Positions 1 through 12,600 of a stretch of 64,000 nt of DNA are shown one piece after another. The DNA comes from Raja brachyura (Eukaryota). The notes beneath the pieces were generated by a model. That model did not search any database and was not told where the DNA came from. It worked only from the letters and a program-made list of their open reading frames with translations. The DNA is taken from assembly GCA_963514005.1 (NCBI GenBank), contig OY740800.1, forward strand, positions 29,512,001-29,576,000, written 5' to 3'. Each line of letters begins with the position of its first letter. Positions within the stretch are counted from its first letter, which is position 1. Position numbers and translations under genes: made by a program.

Positions 1-1459
1 TGCTGTACTTGAACCACTGACAGTCCTTCTGATGAAGGGGCAGTGGGGAGGTGGTCCCACGATTGGGACCCAGTGATGGCATCGTCTCCCAAGCCGGGGA
101 GGTGTGAAACGTAGAGGGAAGCAGGGGGTTGGGGTGTTCCCATGTGTTTACTGCACGTGTCCCTCTGGGTTCTGGTGATTAGGGGTTCGGCTGGTGCGGT
201 CGGAGATGCCTCAATGCGCTGCTGCAGCACACATTGTTGATGGATCAGAATGCAGGCGTGGTTCACCGGTGGTGGGGCAGGAAATGTTGAGTGGGTCAAT
301 GCACCGAACCAGGCGATTATAGGATGTTCCATCCCAGCCTGGCCAGTGGGCAATAATGGAAAGGGCAGCAAAGTCTGCAGGAAGCACAGCCTCGTATTAT
401 AACCATACTGTTATGAATGGAAAACATTTATCCACCGTGTCTGAAAACCACCGATCTCCAACTATCTTCTCTGGCAACCGATGTGCCCGCAACCGGCGTC
501 TCTGGCAACCACTTTCTGCTGCGTGCTGTTGTGCCGTGAGACCTTGCCTTCAAGCATCGCTGAGTCTTGTGTGAGTGGACTCGAGGATTTTGTCAGATCC
601 GACTGTGATGATGGGGTTGATCCATCTTTGTCTGTAGCACTGTTGACCGTGTGGTGACTTCCCTCAGTCCTAGGCTGCTCCTGGCAATCCATCTGGGATT
701 GTTCGTTGACCCCGGCTTGGCTTCTTGACTTGGGATGCCAGGCCATGACATTACACACGGTTACACAATGAACGCTGCCTCTGTGCTACTGCAAGATCGG
801 TGAGGAAGTCAGGAGCTCGCACCACAGTCCTGGCCTGGCAACTACAGCCCACAGCAAATGGCCAGCCTGCTCAAATGACGTTGTACCCTAGAACGCTGCC
901 AGTGCTGCCTCTGACATCACCAGGGATTACAGCAAAGGAATCAGCAGCAGGATTCTGTATTGACAAGCGTTCGGTTGTTGCTTGACAAGTCTGCGGAGAC
1001 AGCTCTCAAAATCCTCGGCACGGATACCCAGGTATCAGCAGGGGCGGCTTCACAAGGTTGGCTGGCTTTGCCCGTGTTGTGTGCCGTATCCCCTCTCTGC
1101 ATCAGAGAGCAGGAGATTCAGTGACAGAATGTACCAAGGCACGAGTGAGCAGTGGGGGCAATAGAACAGGGAGTGTGATTTGCAGCATCAGCAGTAATTC
1201 CGACACATGGAACCAAGCCAGTGTGCCAGATGGATCAGAGAGCTGAGCAGTATTGGTGATAGATACCTCGCACAGATTCACAACAGCAGGAGTAAGATAC
1301 AAACAGCATGGATCAGGAGCAACTGTAAAGATGTCACACAACCAATAAATATTCTGAAACACGGAATGATGACAGAAAAACCCTGAATTGCTAAATATTT
1401 AGAGTATTTTTCCCTTTTGCTTTAGATTTTCGGCAACTTTTGATTATTTTGATTTTTAT

Positions 1460-1900
1460 GCAACTCCTGTAATGTAGAATAGTGACTGGGGCACATGCTT
1501 CCCTTACACAGAACATGATTGCTGTAACATAGAACAGCAGCACGTGTAACACATGACTCCTGTAACATGGAACGGTGAGAGTTATGCATGACCCCTGGAA
1601 CAAGCTACTGGGGTCAAGCTGGTTACATTCACTGCTACATGTTACAGGAATCATGGGTTACGCACACTGTTCTGTGTTACTGGAGTCATGTGTTACACTG
1701 TCCCATGTTACAGTAACACATGATGCCTGAAACACAGAGCAACGTAACACAAGACTCCTGTGACACAAAAGGGTGTGTTTATAATGCATGACCCCTGTAA
1801 CATGGAACAATGAGTAACACAAGACTCCTGTAACAGGACACTGTCCAACGTGGCATCTGTAACACAGGATTGAGAGCGTGCCAGACACCGCTGTTACAGC
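1460..1900. repeat. Degenerate tandem repeat (gtaacacaagactcctgtaaca-like)
   Basis: Recurring ctgtaaca, gactcctgt and gttaca motifs. Confidence 0.6.
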
Positions 1901-3614
1901 AGTGAGTGTGACTAAGGATTCCTGGTCAGAACCGAGACCGTGTCATGCCTAGTGATTCACACACAGCAACTTCACTGCACATTCTTGTTTTACAGAAGTT
2001 TTTTAACACAGATCAAGTATGTCAAACATTCACTGCAATACTTAACAGTAAGTGTGATATTTAGCACTCGTCACACACAAGAGTGTGATCCTTGACTCAT
2101 ATAGGTCCAAACACCATGCATTCATTCATTCACACTGCATGCTGTTGTTAGCTCACTGCTAGTGGTGGTAGCAAGTTAAGAAGCTGTCCAAGCACACTAG
2201 GAAGTGTCAAGCTTCCACAGAGCCCTGTCATACCTGGTGGAGATCACTGAGTGGTGGTGCAGGGGGAGCCACAGGGTTCTGGCCTGTGATCAGCTGTGTA
2301 CCTGCTGACTGAACCTGCACCTGAAGAACAAATGTTTATTGGCAACAGAGGAAGATGGACAATTGTACATCACTGGAGCAAAGCCAGGGGAAATGGTTGG
2401 AGCGCGCTGATGTACAGCAAGTGATCTGAGCACAGAGCCGAGGAAGAGCGACTTGGAATCCACTGCCCATGGGATTGGAGGGTCCATGCAATACTTGACT
2501 GGAGCTGGGACTGATTCAGTCACTGCATGCTTGTATCCTGCACTTAACGGCTGTGTGAAAGGGCAGCTCAGCTCAGGGCCAGTCAGTTAGATGATATGTT
2601 TACATCAACTAACCTTCCCAGAGAAGGTGAGACATGGCTTGGCAAAGTTCCCTCTAACCTGATCCATTGACCACAGGCTGGGGTGTGTAAGTTAAGGTTA
2701 AGGACAGAGTTCTCTCTCTAGAATGCGCTATCTAACACTTCTGGGGAAGGATTAGCACAGGTTAACAGTGTGAAACCTCCATCTAACCTAGTCTCTGGGC
2801 AAACACTGCACAAATCAATCTCTGGTAACACGAGCAGGGCTGCTATACAGCATCTGATGCATCTTAAGACAAGGCCACAAATCATCCCACTGACACATAG
2901 AGCTCTGCAGAACTTAAATTTAAGGTTAGATTGGGCCCCTTGACAATTAATTCCCAAAATGGAGAAGATGATCAGGGCTGAAAGATTTAGCCCAGTGAAC
3001 TACAAGGATACCCAGGGAAAACAATGGGCAGATGTGAGTAGGATCAAACATCAGCTCCTAAAGCCAGAAACAAGCAGGTGAAGCTAGTAATGCCATGCTG
3101 TGACATCACCTGTCTGCATCGTAAGGGGCCAGGAACAGGCCAGGGAAGCATTACAATCATCTTGGGACAAACTTGCAATTGCCGCATGTCTCTTCCCTTC
3201 AGCCAGAAAGATGGGGAGAAGACAGGTGTTAGGCAGAACAATGGAGGCAGCAATGCTCAGTCGAGTGCTGATAACACAGCAATACCAAGTTACCCAAATT
3301 CCTCTTCACTGCTTCTGAAGGTATTAGACGGAAGAAAATACAGAACACTTTCACTCCAAGTGCACTTCTCCACCAATGTCTACTTCCACCATTATCAGAT
3401 GAAGATTGTACAGTACAGAGCATAGAATAAGGTCAAAGAAGTCTGTAGCCGTGTTTATGCACACCAACCTCCTCTCATTTCACACCATCAACACGTTTTC
3501 ATTACACTCCATCCAGACCCCTCACCTTCACCCAGTGTTCCCGGGGCTTGTGGCCAGAAGGCTATCTTTGAATGGGTTGATACCAAGGGTCTGAGAATAT
3601 AGATGCATGTTTAC

Positions 3615-3698
3615 CTGCTTCCATTGAGGAACAGCAGCATGTGGTGTTGCTTCTCTTTGTCTGCTGTACGGATGCTCCTGCGATGAGAGGTTTGGCCG
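3615..3698 (-). CDS. MICAL3: Probable alternative MICAL exon [28 protein letters not shown]
   Basis: 84 nt, phase 0-0; gctcacag| and CAG|gtaaac; PxWKQ ending recalls a MICAL3 cassette exon (from memory). Confidence 0.65.
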
Positions 3699-6600
3699 CT
3701 GTGAGCATGCAGTGGGGGAGCAGGGAGGAGGAGGACAACACAGTGGGCAAGCAACAGAGTAATGGTGGCAATACATAGGTGCAACGTACATGGAACATGG
3801 CAAAGACAAACAAAAGGAAAAAAAAACGGGAGAATTAGGACTTCTTTAAAAATGTTTCACATTTGTTTGAAAATGGGATGATTTGTAGGTGTTTTATCAC
3901 CCAATTAACGACTAATTCATACTGAAAGTTACATCACAAAATGGTCCATAGTCAACTGGCATCCAGATTATCCCAAGGATCTGAAAAGAGTTCAGTTTAG
4001 TTGTCTGTGCTCATTGAGCTCTGATAATATGTTCATCACCTGACCGCAAACCCAACCTAATATATCAGCCACAAACTTCTGCCGCCTTAATAACTCTTCA
4101 AAGCACCTGAACAGCTGAAATCTAGCCGGCTAAGAACTGGGAAGTGAGAGATCTGCTTCCTTTGCTGTACACCTTTGCATCTGGTGAATTTTTGCAGCCT
4201 CCAGTGAGCAGAGTATTTTGGCTGTGGCTGAAGCAATGTCTTGTGAAGGTTAGAAACATAGAAATAAGGTGCAGGAGTAGGCCATTCGGCCCTTCGAGCC
4301 TGCACCGCCATTCAATATGATCATGGCTGATCATCCAACTCAGTATCCCGTACCTGCTCTCCATACCCTCTGATCCCCTTAGCCACAAGGGCCACATCTA
4401 ACTCCCTCTTAAATATAGCCAATGAACTGGCCTCAACTACCCTCTGTGGCAGAGAGTTCGAGACTCACCACTGTGAAAAAAGTCTTTCTCATCTCGGTCT
4501 TAAAGGATTTCCCCCTTATCCTTAAGCTGTGACCCCTTGTCCTGGACTTCCCCAACATCGGGAACAATCTTCCTGCATCTAGCCTGTCCAACCCCTTAAG
4601 AATTTTGTACGTTTCTATAAGATCCCCTCTCAATCTCCTAAATTCTAGAGAGTATAAACCGAGTCTATTCAGTCTTTCTTCATAAGACAGTCCTGACATC
4701 CCAGGAATCTGATGAACTTTCTCTATACTCCCTCTAAGGCAATTAATGTCTTTCCTCAGATTTGGAGACCAAAACTGTACATAATACTCCAGGTGTGGTC
4801 TCACCAAGACCCTATACAACTGAAGTAGAACCTCCCTGCCCCTATACTCAAATCCTTTTGCTATGAAAGCTAACATACCATTCGCTTTCTTCACTGCCTG
4901 CTGCACCTGCATGCCTACTTTCAATGACTGGTGTACCATGACACCCAGGTCTCGCTGCATCTCCCCTTTTCCTAATCGGCCACCATTTAGATAATAGTCT
5001 GCTCTCCTGTTTTTGCCACCAAAGTGGATAACCTCACATTTATCCACATTATACTGCATCTGCCAAACATGTGCCCACTCACCCAGCCTATCCAAGTCAC
5101 CTTGCAGTCTCCTAGCATCCTCCTCACAGCTAACACTGCCCCCCAGCTTAGTGTCATCCGCAAACATGGAGATATTGCCTTCAATTCCCTCATCCAGATC
5201 ATTAATATATATTGTAAATAGCTGGGGTCCCAGCACTGAGCCTTGCGGTACCCCACTAGTTACTGCCTGCCATTGTGAAAAGAACCCGTTTACTCCTACT
5301 CTTTGCTTCCTGTTTGCCAGCCAGTTCTCTAACCACATCAATACTGAACCCCCAATGCCGTATGCTTTAAGTTTGTATACTAATCTCTTATGTGGGACCT
5401 TGTCGAAAGCCTTCTGGAAGTCCAGATACACCACATCCACTGGTTCTCGCTTATCCACGCTACTAGTTACATCCTCGAATAATTCCACAATATTCGTCAG
5501 ACATAATTTACCTTTCATAAATCCATGCTGACTTTGTCCAATGATTTCACCACTTTCCAAATGCGCTGCTATCCCATCTTTAATAACTAACTCTAGCAGT
5601 TTCCCCACTACCGATGTTAGACTAACTGGTCTGTAATTCCCCGTTTTCTCTCTCCCTCCCTTCTTAAAAAGAGGGGTTACGTTTGCTACCCGCCAATCCT
5701 CAGGAACTACTCCAGAATCTAGAGTTTTGAAAAATTATCACTAATGCATCCACTATTTCCGGAGGTACTTCCTTAAGTACTCTGGGATGCAGCCTATCTG
5801 GCCCTGGGGATTTATCGGCCTTTAATCCATTCAATTTACCCAACACCACTTCCCGACTAACCTGGATTTCACTCAATTCCTCCTTTGACCCGCGGTCCCC
5901 TGCTATTTACGGCAGATTATTTATGTCTTCCTTAGTGAAGACGGAACCAAAGTTGTTATTCAATTGGTCCGCCATGTCCTTGTTCCCCATGATCAACTCA
6001 CCTGTTTCTGACTGCAAGGGACCTACATTTGTTTTAACTAATCTCTTTCTCTTCACATATCTATAAAAACTTTTGCAGTCAGTTTTTATGTTCCCTGCCA
6101 GCTTTCTTTCATAATCTATTTTTCCTTTCCTAATTAAGCCCTTTGTCCTCCTCTGCTGGTCTCTGAATTTCTCCCAGTCCTCTGGTATGCTGCTTTTTCC
6201 GGCTACTTTGTACGCATCATCCTTTGCTTTAATACTATCCCTGATTTCCCTTGTTATCCACGGATGCACTACCTTCCCTGATTTATTCTTTTGCCAAACT
6301 GGGATGAACAATTTTTGTAGTTCATCCATGCAGTCTTTAAATGTCTTCCATTGCATATCCATTGGATACCCATTGCATACCGATTGACACGACCTCTTTG
6401 TTTAGAGGGATATTGGCCAAATGCAGACAAATGGGACTAGCCCAGGAAGTCACCTTAGTCAGCATTGGCGAGTTGGGATGAAAGGAATGTTTCCGTGCTG
6501 TATAATTTCATGACGCTTCCAAGAAGTGATTTCTACCAGATGATGTTCTGCTGGCACCTGGTGTCTCACTCTGATGTGCTTTCTCTTTCTTCACCCACAA

Positions 6601-9600
6601 CACAAGGAGCCACTGGTACCCCCATGGTTCTATCCCATCTTACTTCTCAAGTAGGTACTGCTTCTCTGCAACGACATCCAAACTCACAGCCTCACACGCT
6701 GGCAGTTCCGATGAAAAGTAATTGACTCGAATCATTGGCAGTCTTTCTCTCTCTCCACCAATACTGCCTGACCTGCTGAGTATTTCCAGGACTTTCCTTC
6801 CTGTTCTCGGGTTATTTCTCTTTCTTCATTGAACAAAAGTTCATGGCCTTCGAGATCTAATTTGCAGACTGTGGCCTTGGTTACTGATTCACCATGGTCT
6901 GTTCCTCCCTCTCCTTTCCAAAGCTCTCACACCCTTCTTATAATGGCATCTTCTGGACGTTAGTCCCAATGGCCAAGCTGTGATCACAAATAAAGTATAG
7001 TACAGGCCTTGCAACTTTCAACATCTCCTAGAACCTAGAACTTCATTGGTACATTTTATTTTTTTTAATTCACGCTTCCGCCAATATCTTTAAAATCTTG
7101 AAATCCCGAAGTTCCCCAACACTGTCAACATTCCTAACCTCCACACTTCCTATCACCATTGCTTTCCAATGCAGTCGACTTTGTTTCTCTACCGATTGCT
7201 GCCTGTGTGGTGACTTTCCTCTGCCAACCTGCCCATAGCTCGTCACCATCATCTCCATTCCTTCTATCAACTTTTCATCCTTCCTCCAAACACCAATATC
7301 ACTGCTCTTGTACCCACGTGCAAACAAGTGGCAAGATCCGTGAAGCGGCCATCACCATTTCCCACCAATCCAGGAAACATCTGGTTTTCCCTGCTCTCCT
7401 CTCTTTTCCGTTCAGCACATTCCTTAAATACTTTCTGCAACAATCTGCTACAACCAATCTTTTATTTGGAAAAATATCAAATACTTGTTAAATATTCTCA
7501 CCCCATTTCAAAACCTCCTCCTAAATTTTCACAGCGTTCCAGAATCTCTTTCCCTTTCCTAAATTCCATTGCTAATTTAAACACCCCTTTCACTGCCCAA
7601 CATTCCTTCACCATTGTGGGTAGTGTGCTTCATAAACCGCACGGAATTCCACTGTTCTAATCCATCCTTCCTGCATTTCTATTGTGGGAACCTCTTGTGC
7701 CTTGATCGCTGATGGCGACAGTGAAGGTCGATACAGAGTTTAAGAGGTCCCATAAAAAGGACCCTTTATTATCTGGGGAATAGACTATAAGACCAAGGAG
7801 GTCTTGATATTGCTTTATAAAACTTTGGTTGGGCAGTTCAAACATTGTGTACTGGTCCGGCCACCAGATTATATCAAGGAACGTGACTGTGCTGTAGAGG
7901 GTGCAGAGGTGTTTCAATAGGATGTTGCCTGGGATGGAGCATTTCAGCTATGAAGAGACTATGGATAACTTGGGTTTGTGTTCCTAGAATGGGTGAGGCT
8001 GAGGCAAGAATGAGTGTGTATTAAATTATGAGGGCCTGGATAGATATCGACAATAGGTGCAGGAGTAGGCCATTCGGCCCTTCGAGCCAGCACCGCCATG
8101 CACTGTGTTCATGGCTGGTCATCCACAATCAGTACCCCGTTCCTGCCTTCTCCCCATATCCCTTGACTCCGCTATAGAGTGAGGATAATTTTCCTACAAC
8201 AGAAGTATTTAACACTGAGGGAATAGATTTAGGATGAGGGGTCAGAGGTTTGGAAGGGATGTAAGGAAGACCTTTTGTCACCCAGAGAATGATTGGAATC
8301 TGGAATGCAATGGTGGTGGAGGCGGAAACGCTCTCATTTAAGAACAAACTAGACAAGAGCTTGAATTGCCGAGGAATAGATGGCTATGGACCCGTGCTGG
8401 TAAATGGGACCATTGCAGATGGGTACTTGATAGCCTGGAAATGATAGGCTGAAGGGCCTGTTTCTGTGCCAAAAGACTCAATGACTCTACAGATCATCCT
8501 TAGACTCTCCAGCAAAATCATACAGCCCTCCATAATATTCTCCGTGGAACTGTGCACAGAGTTCACCACACATTTCAGAGTCATAGAACTTTACCACAGA
8601 GAAACAGGCCCTCTGGCCCATCAGGACCAAGCTAATTACTGGACACATCCACACTAATCCCATTTACCTGCATTTAATCCACGGCCTCCTATGCGCCTTT
8701 GCGATTCAAGTACCGTCTAGTTGCTTCTTAAACACTGTGACAGCTTTTGTCTCCACCACTACCTCAGGCAGCATTCCAGTTTCCAACCAACCATATTCAG
8801 TGTGTAAAAATTACACCTTAGATCCTCTCGAAACCTCTGCACCTTAAACCAATGTCCTCTCATCTCAGACCCCTGCCAGGGGTAAATTATTTATAATATC
8901 TACCTCCCTCCACCCATGATACCTCTGAAAATGTTCCTCACTATTAACCCTATCCAGGCCCTCATAATTTAATACACATCAATTCTCATAATACAGGTTA
9001 CTCTTTAGCTTCCAACGCTTCAAAGGAAACCAAATTCCGCCTATCCAGCTCTCCTATATAACCATATAACAAACCATATAACCATATAACAATTACAGCA
9101 TGGAAACAGGCCTTCACGGCCCTTCCAGTCCGTGCCGACCATTTATTTTCCCCTAGTTATAATGGAAATGCTTCAATTCCAATGCAGTCATGTCCTTCCT
9201 ATCTAAGCTAGTCCCATTTGTCCGTGTCTGGCCCACATTGCTCTAACCTTTTCCTATGTACCCGTCCAAGTGTCTTTTAAATGTTATTAATGTACCGGCC
9301 TCAACTACTTCGACTGGCATCTCTTTCCATATACCTACCACCCTCTGTGTGAAAATGTTGCCTCTCATATATTCCTACTAAATCTCTGCCCTCTCATCAA
9401 AAACTCTATTTGTCATTCCTTGACCTACTTACCTCAGTGAAATTCCCCACTGGACCCAGAGTCCAAAGTGGACTGAAATACAAGAGACTATTCGAATCTC
9501 CAATCTGTATGTTTCTGCCTTGCATTTATCTCAAATAGCACCAGCAGTTGCTTTCCTCAAAGACATTGTATTTCTGTTGTATACCGAGAAGCTGCCCATT

Positions 9601-12600
9601 TGGCAGAAACTGCCGTGGATAAGTTGTTCCAATGTGATGAGAAATACAAACACATTTTTTCGTTCAGCACAATGGTTGCTGTCTTTTTTCAATTTTTGGG
9701 GCTTTGTGGTGATTTTATTGACCGACAAGAAACAACAAGAAGGAATGGACGCAAAGAGTAGCTTGCACATGCAGAGCCAGCAGAAGCTGACCGCAGTTGG
9801 CCGGGAGTCAAAGAGCTCAGAGGGCACGTCTGAGTGGCCTCCAACTACCAGTGGTCAAGCAAGCTGTGACACAGGGTGATCCCGCAATGGGACATCCTGA
9901 GGCTGTCCGGCAGCAGAGTGCCTGCTGGGAGCGGGCCGCTTGTGAGAAGAGGCAGTCTGAGACCTCAATGTAGGCCAGTGGCAGAGACTGGTGAGTTCAG
10001 TGGTCGCTGGGAGCACCCGGGCTACGTGATAGCTCATCCCGGCAAATCTCTGCCGCTGCTTCAGTCTTCACCCTGAAGTGTGAGATCCTGAATAGATCAC
10101 AATGTTCAGGCTGAGGCCACTGAGTGTGTTACAGTGCAGCAGAAATGCCTTGCTTTACTTGCGCTGCCTGTTTATAAAACCAAGGAGGAACAACGACTTA
10201 AAACAAAAGTTACGTGAACCTGTCCTATTGCCCTGACCCGTACGTCCTCACATTCCAGCACCCAGTACAAACACCACCCACCCATCCTCTGTTGCAATAA
10301 GGAACCAGCAGGTAAAACTTTTCCAACTTAAGCCAGCAGCGTGTTTGTCAATTCTACATTGTCTTTTTTAGTATGTCCAAATGTTTGTTTTTATGTCTCT
10401 CGGTGTGTCTTGTGTGGGGGGTGTGGGGGGGGGGAGAACCGCTTTCGGTCGCCTCCTCCACAGAGAGGCGACTTTTTCCATGTCACCTCCCTCGCGGCCT
10501 AACACCAAGGATTGGTGCGGCCTTTCCCAGAGACGGGCCTGGAGCTTCAGCAGCTGGCGCAGCATGGACTTTTTCATCGCGGAGCGGGCGAGCCCTTGCC
10601 TGGGGTCGCCAGAAGGGAGTGCTCCGATCGCTGGCCCGCGGCAGCCTGAAGCCGCGAACTGCGGTGCTTCTTGCCGCGGGCGCGGACTGCGGAGCTTCTA
10701 GCTGCGGGGACTTACTTACTTACCATCCGGAGCGGGATCCCTCGCCGGGAATCCCTGGAGAAGAGCCCCGACCGCCGGCCTGCGGCCTACGTCATCTTCA
10801 AGCCATGGTCTCCGGTAGGGAAGCACCGATTCGTGACTTACCTTGCCTGTACATCTAGTAGAGATGGTGTCGACTATGGGGAAAAATGGGGGAGGACTGA
10901 CTGAACTTTGTGCCTTCCACCACAGCGATGAATGCTGTGGTGGATGTTTGTGTTAAATTTTTGATTGTGTATTGTGTGTTCTTTTTTTTTATTGTACCGC
11001 TGCTGGCAAGTTCATTTCACTGCACGTCATTGTGTATGTGACGAATAAATCTGATTATTGACTTGACTATTGACAGAGGTTCCATCCCTCAAATAATATT
11101 AATTTATCCAGCATTTTATCTAGTCCTGATTTATGCAGCCAGGCTATACAGTTCAGAATAAGTTAGGAGGATGGAATTTGTGTGCGTGGGGAGGAGTGTG
11201 CATGTTCACGTGCGTGTCTGTTTGTCTGTGTGGGAGAGTGGATTTTGCTTGCGTCTGCTGATGCATGTGGAACCGCCGCAGATAGAAGTGTGTATATATG
11301 TGTGTGTAAATAGTGACGCTCCCTGGAAGGTAAGTCTTTTGCATTCCCTATCCCAGCATGAAAGACATCGGTGGGGTTTTAGATATAATAAAGGGTGCTG
11401 CGATTATAGATCAGCCAGGATCTTAATCAATGGCAGAATGGGACAAAAGGCTGAATGTTCTTCTTCTGCCTCTCCTCCTGCCCCCCCCAATGAACACACA
11501 TGTTTCCTCATCTACCCAGTTTCTATTTCACACTTTCCCAGCACTCATCCTGTTCAGCCACCAGCCTCTACCTGTCTCTTCACTCCTCCGGCAGTGTTAA
11601 TCTCAGATTTGGACAAGATCTTGTCAGCCATGGTTTTGACATTTCCACTCGGGTGTGCGAGTCGATCCTCCTAAAGAGAGCAACACGGTGGGGAAGCGAG
11701 CATGAGATTCTCTTCATGAGCAATTTTTTATCACGTTTAATGCCCCCACACCTGTTAGGGCAATTCTGTTTCATAACTGCAACGTCAAGCTTAAAGTTCT
11801 ATCAGATACAAATCTACTCCACCATCCTGAAAGTACACTATTGGCCATTCAGGCAAATTATACAATACACGAGGACAATCAAACCATACGTAAGCACAAT
11901 CTAGGATAGAAGACCATACTACAATCTAAGTAAAATCAATTAAGGACCATCAAGAGTAGTATCACAGTGAAGAAGGTTATCAATAATTACAGCAGATTGA
12001 TCAGATAAGTGGGCTGAGGAATGGCAAATGGGGTTCAATTCAGATAAATGCAAGGCATTGTTTTTTGGGAAGTCAAACTAGGGTAGGTGAATGGTGGGGC
12101 CCTGGGCAATGTTGTAGAGCAAAGGGCCCTTGTGGTACAAGTATATGGTTCCCTGAATGTTGCATCCCAAGTGGACAAAATAGTGAATGAAACATTTGGT
12201 ATGCTGACCTCCTTCACCAGGGCACTGAGTAGAGTGTTTGGGGCATTATGTTGCAGTTGTACAAGACAGTACCACAGTTTTGGTCACCCTGCTGTAGGAA
12301 ATACTTCATTAAGCTGGAACGAGTGCTGAGTACTTATGGGCATGTTGACAGATCCTGAGGGCCAGGGCTATAGGGAGAGTTTGGGCAGACTAAGAGTTTA
12401 TTCCTTGGACTGTAGGAAACTGAGTGATATAAAGATGTATAACATCAAGAGGGGTGTAGATAAGCTGCATGCACCGTCTTTTTCTCAGGGAAGGGGAATC
12501 AAAAACAAAAGGACACAGATTTACGGTCAGCGGGGAACGATTTAAAGGAGATGCGCGAGGCAATTCTTCACGCAGAGGGTGACGCGTATATGGAACAAGA

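Noticed and set aside
4433-5608. 391-aa RT ORF as an active or domesticated gene
   Set aside because: 5'-truncated, frameshifted CR1 copy with no ORF1 or endonuclease domain.
1-11571. MICAL LIM-domain exon
   Set aside because: No CxxC..HxxCxxC LIM-coding exon found by manual reading; Cys-rich ORFs such as 9531..9827 lack the spacing. Probably beyond the window.
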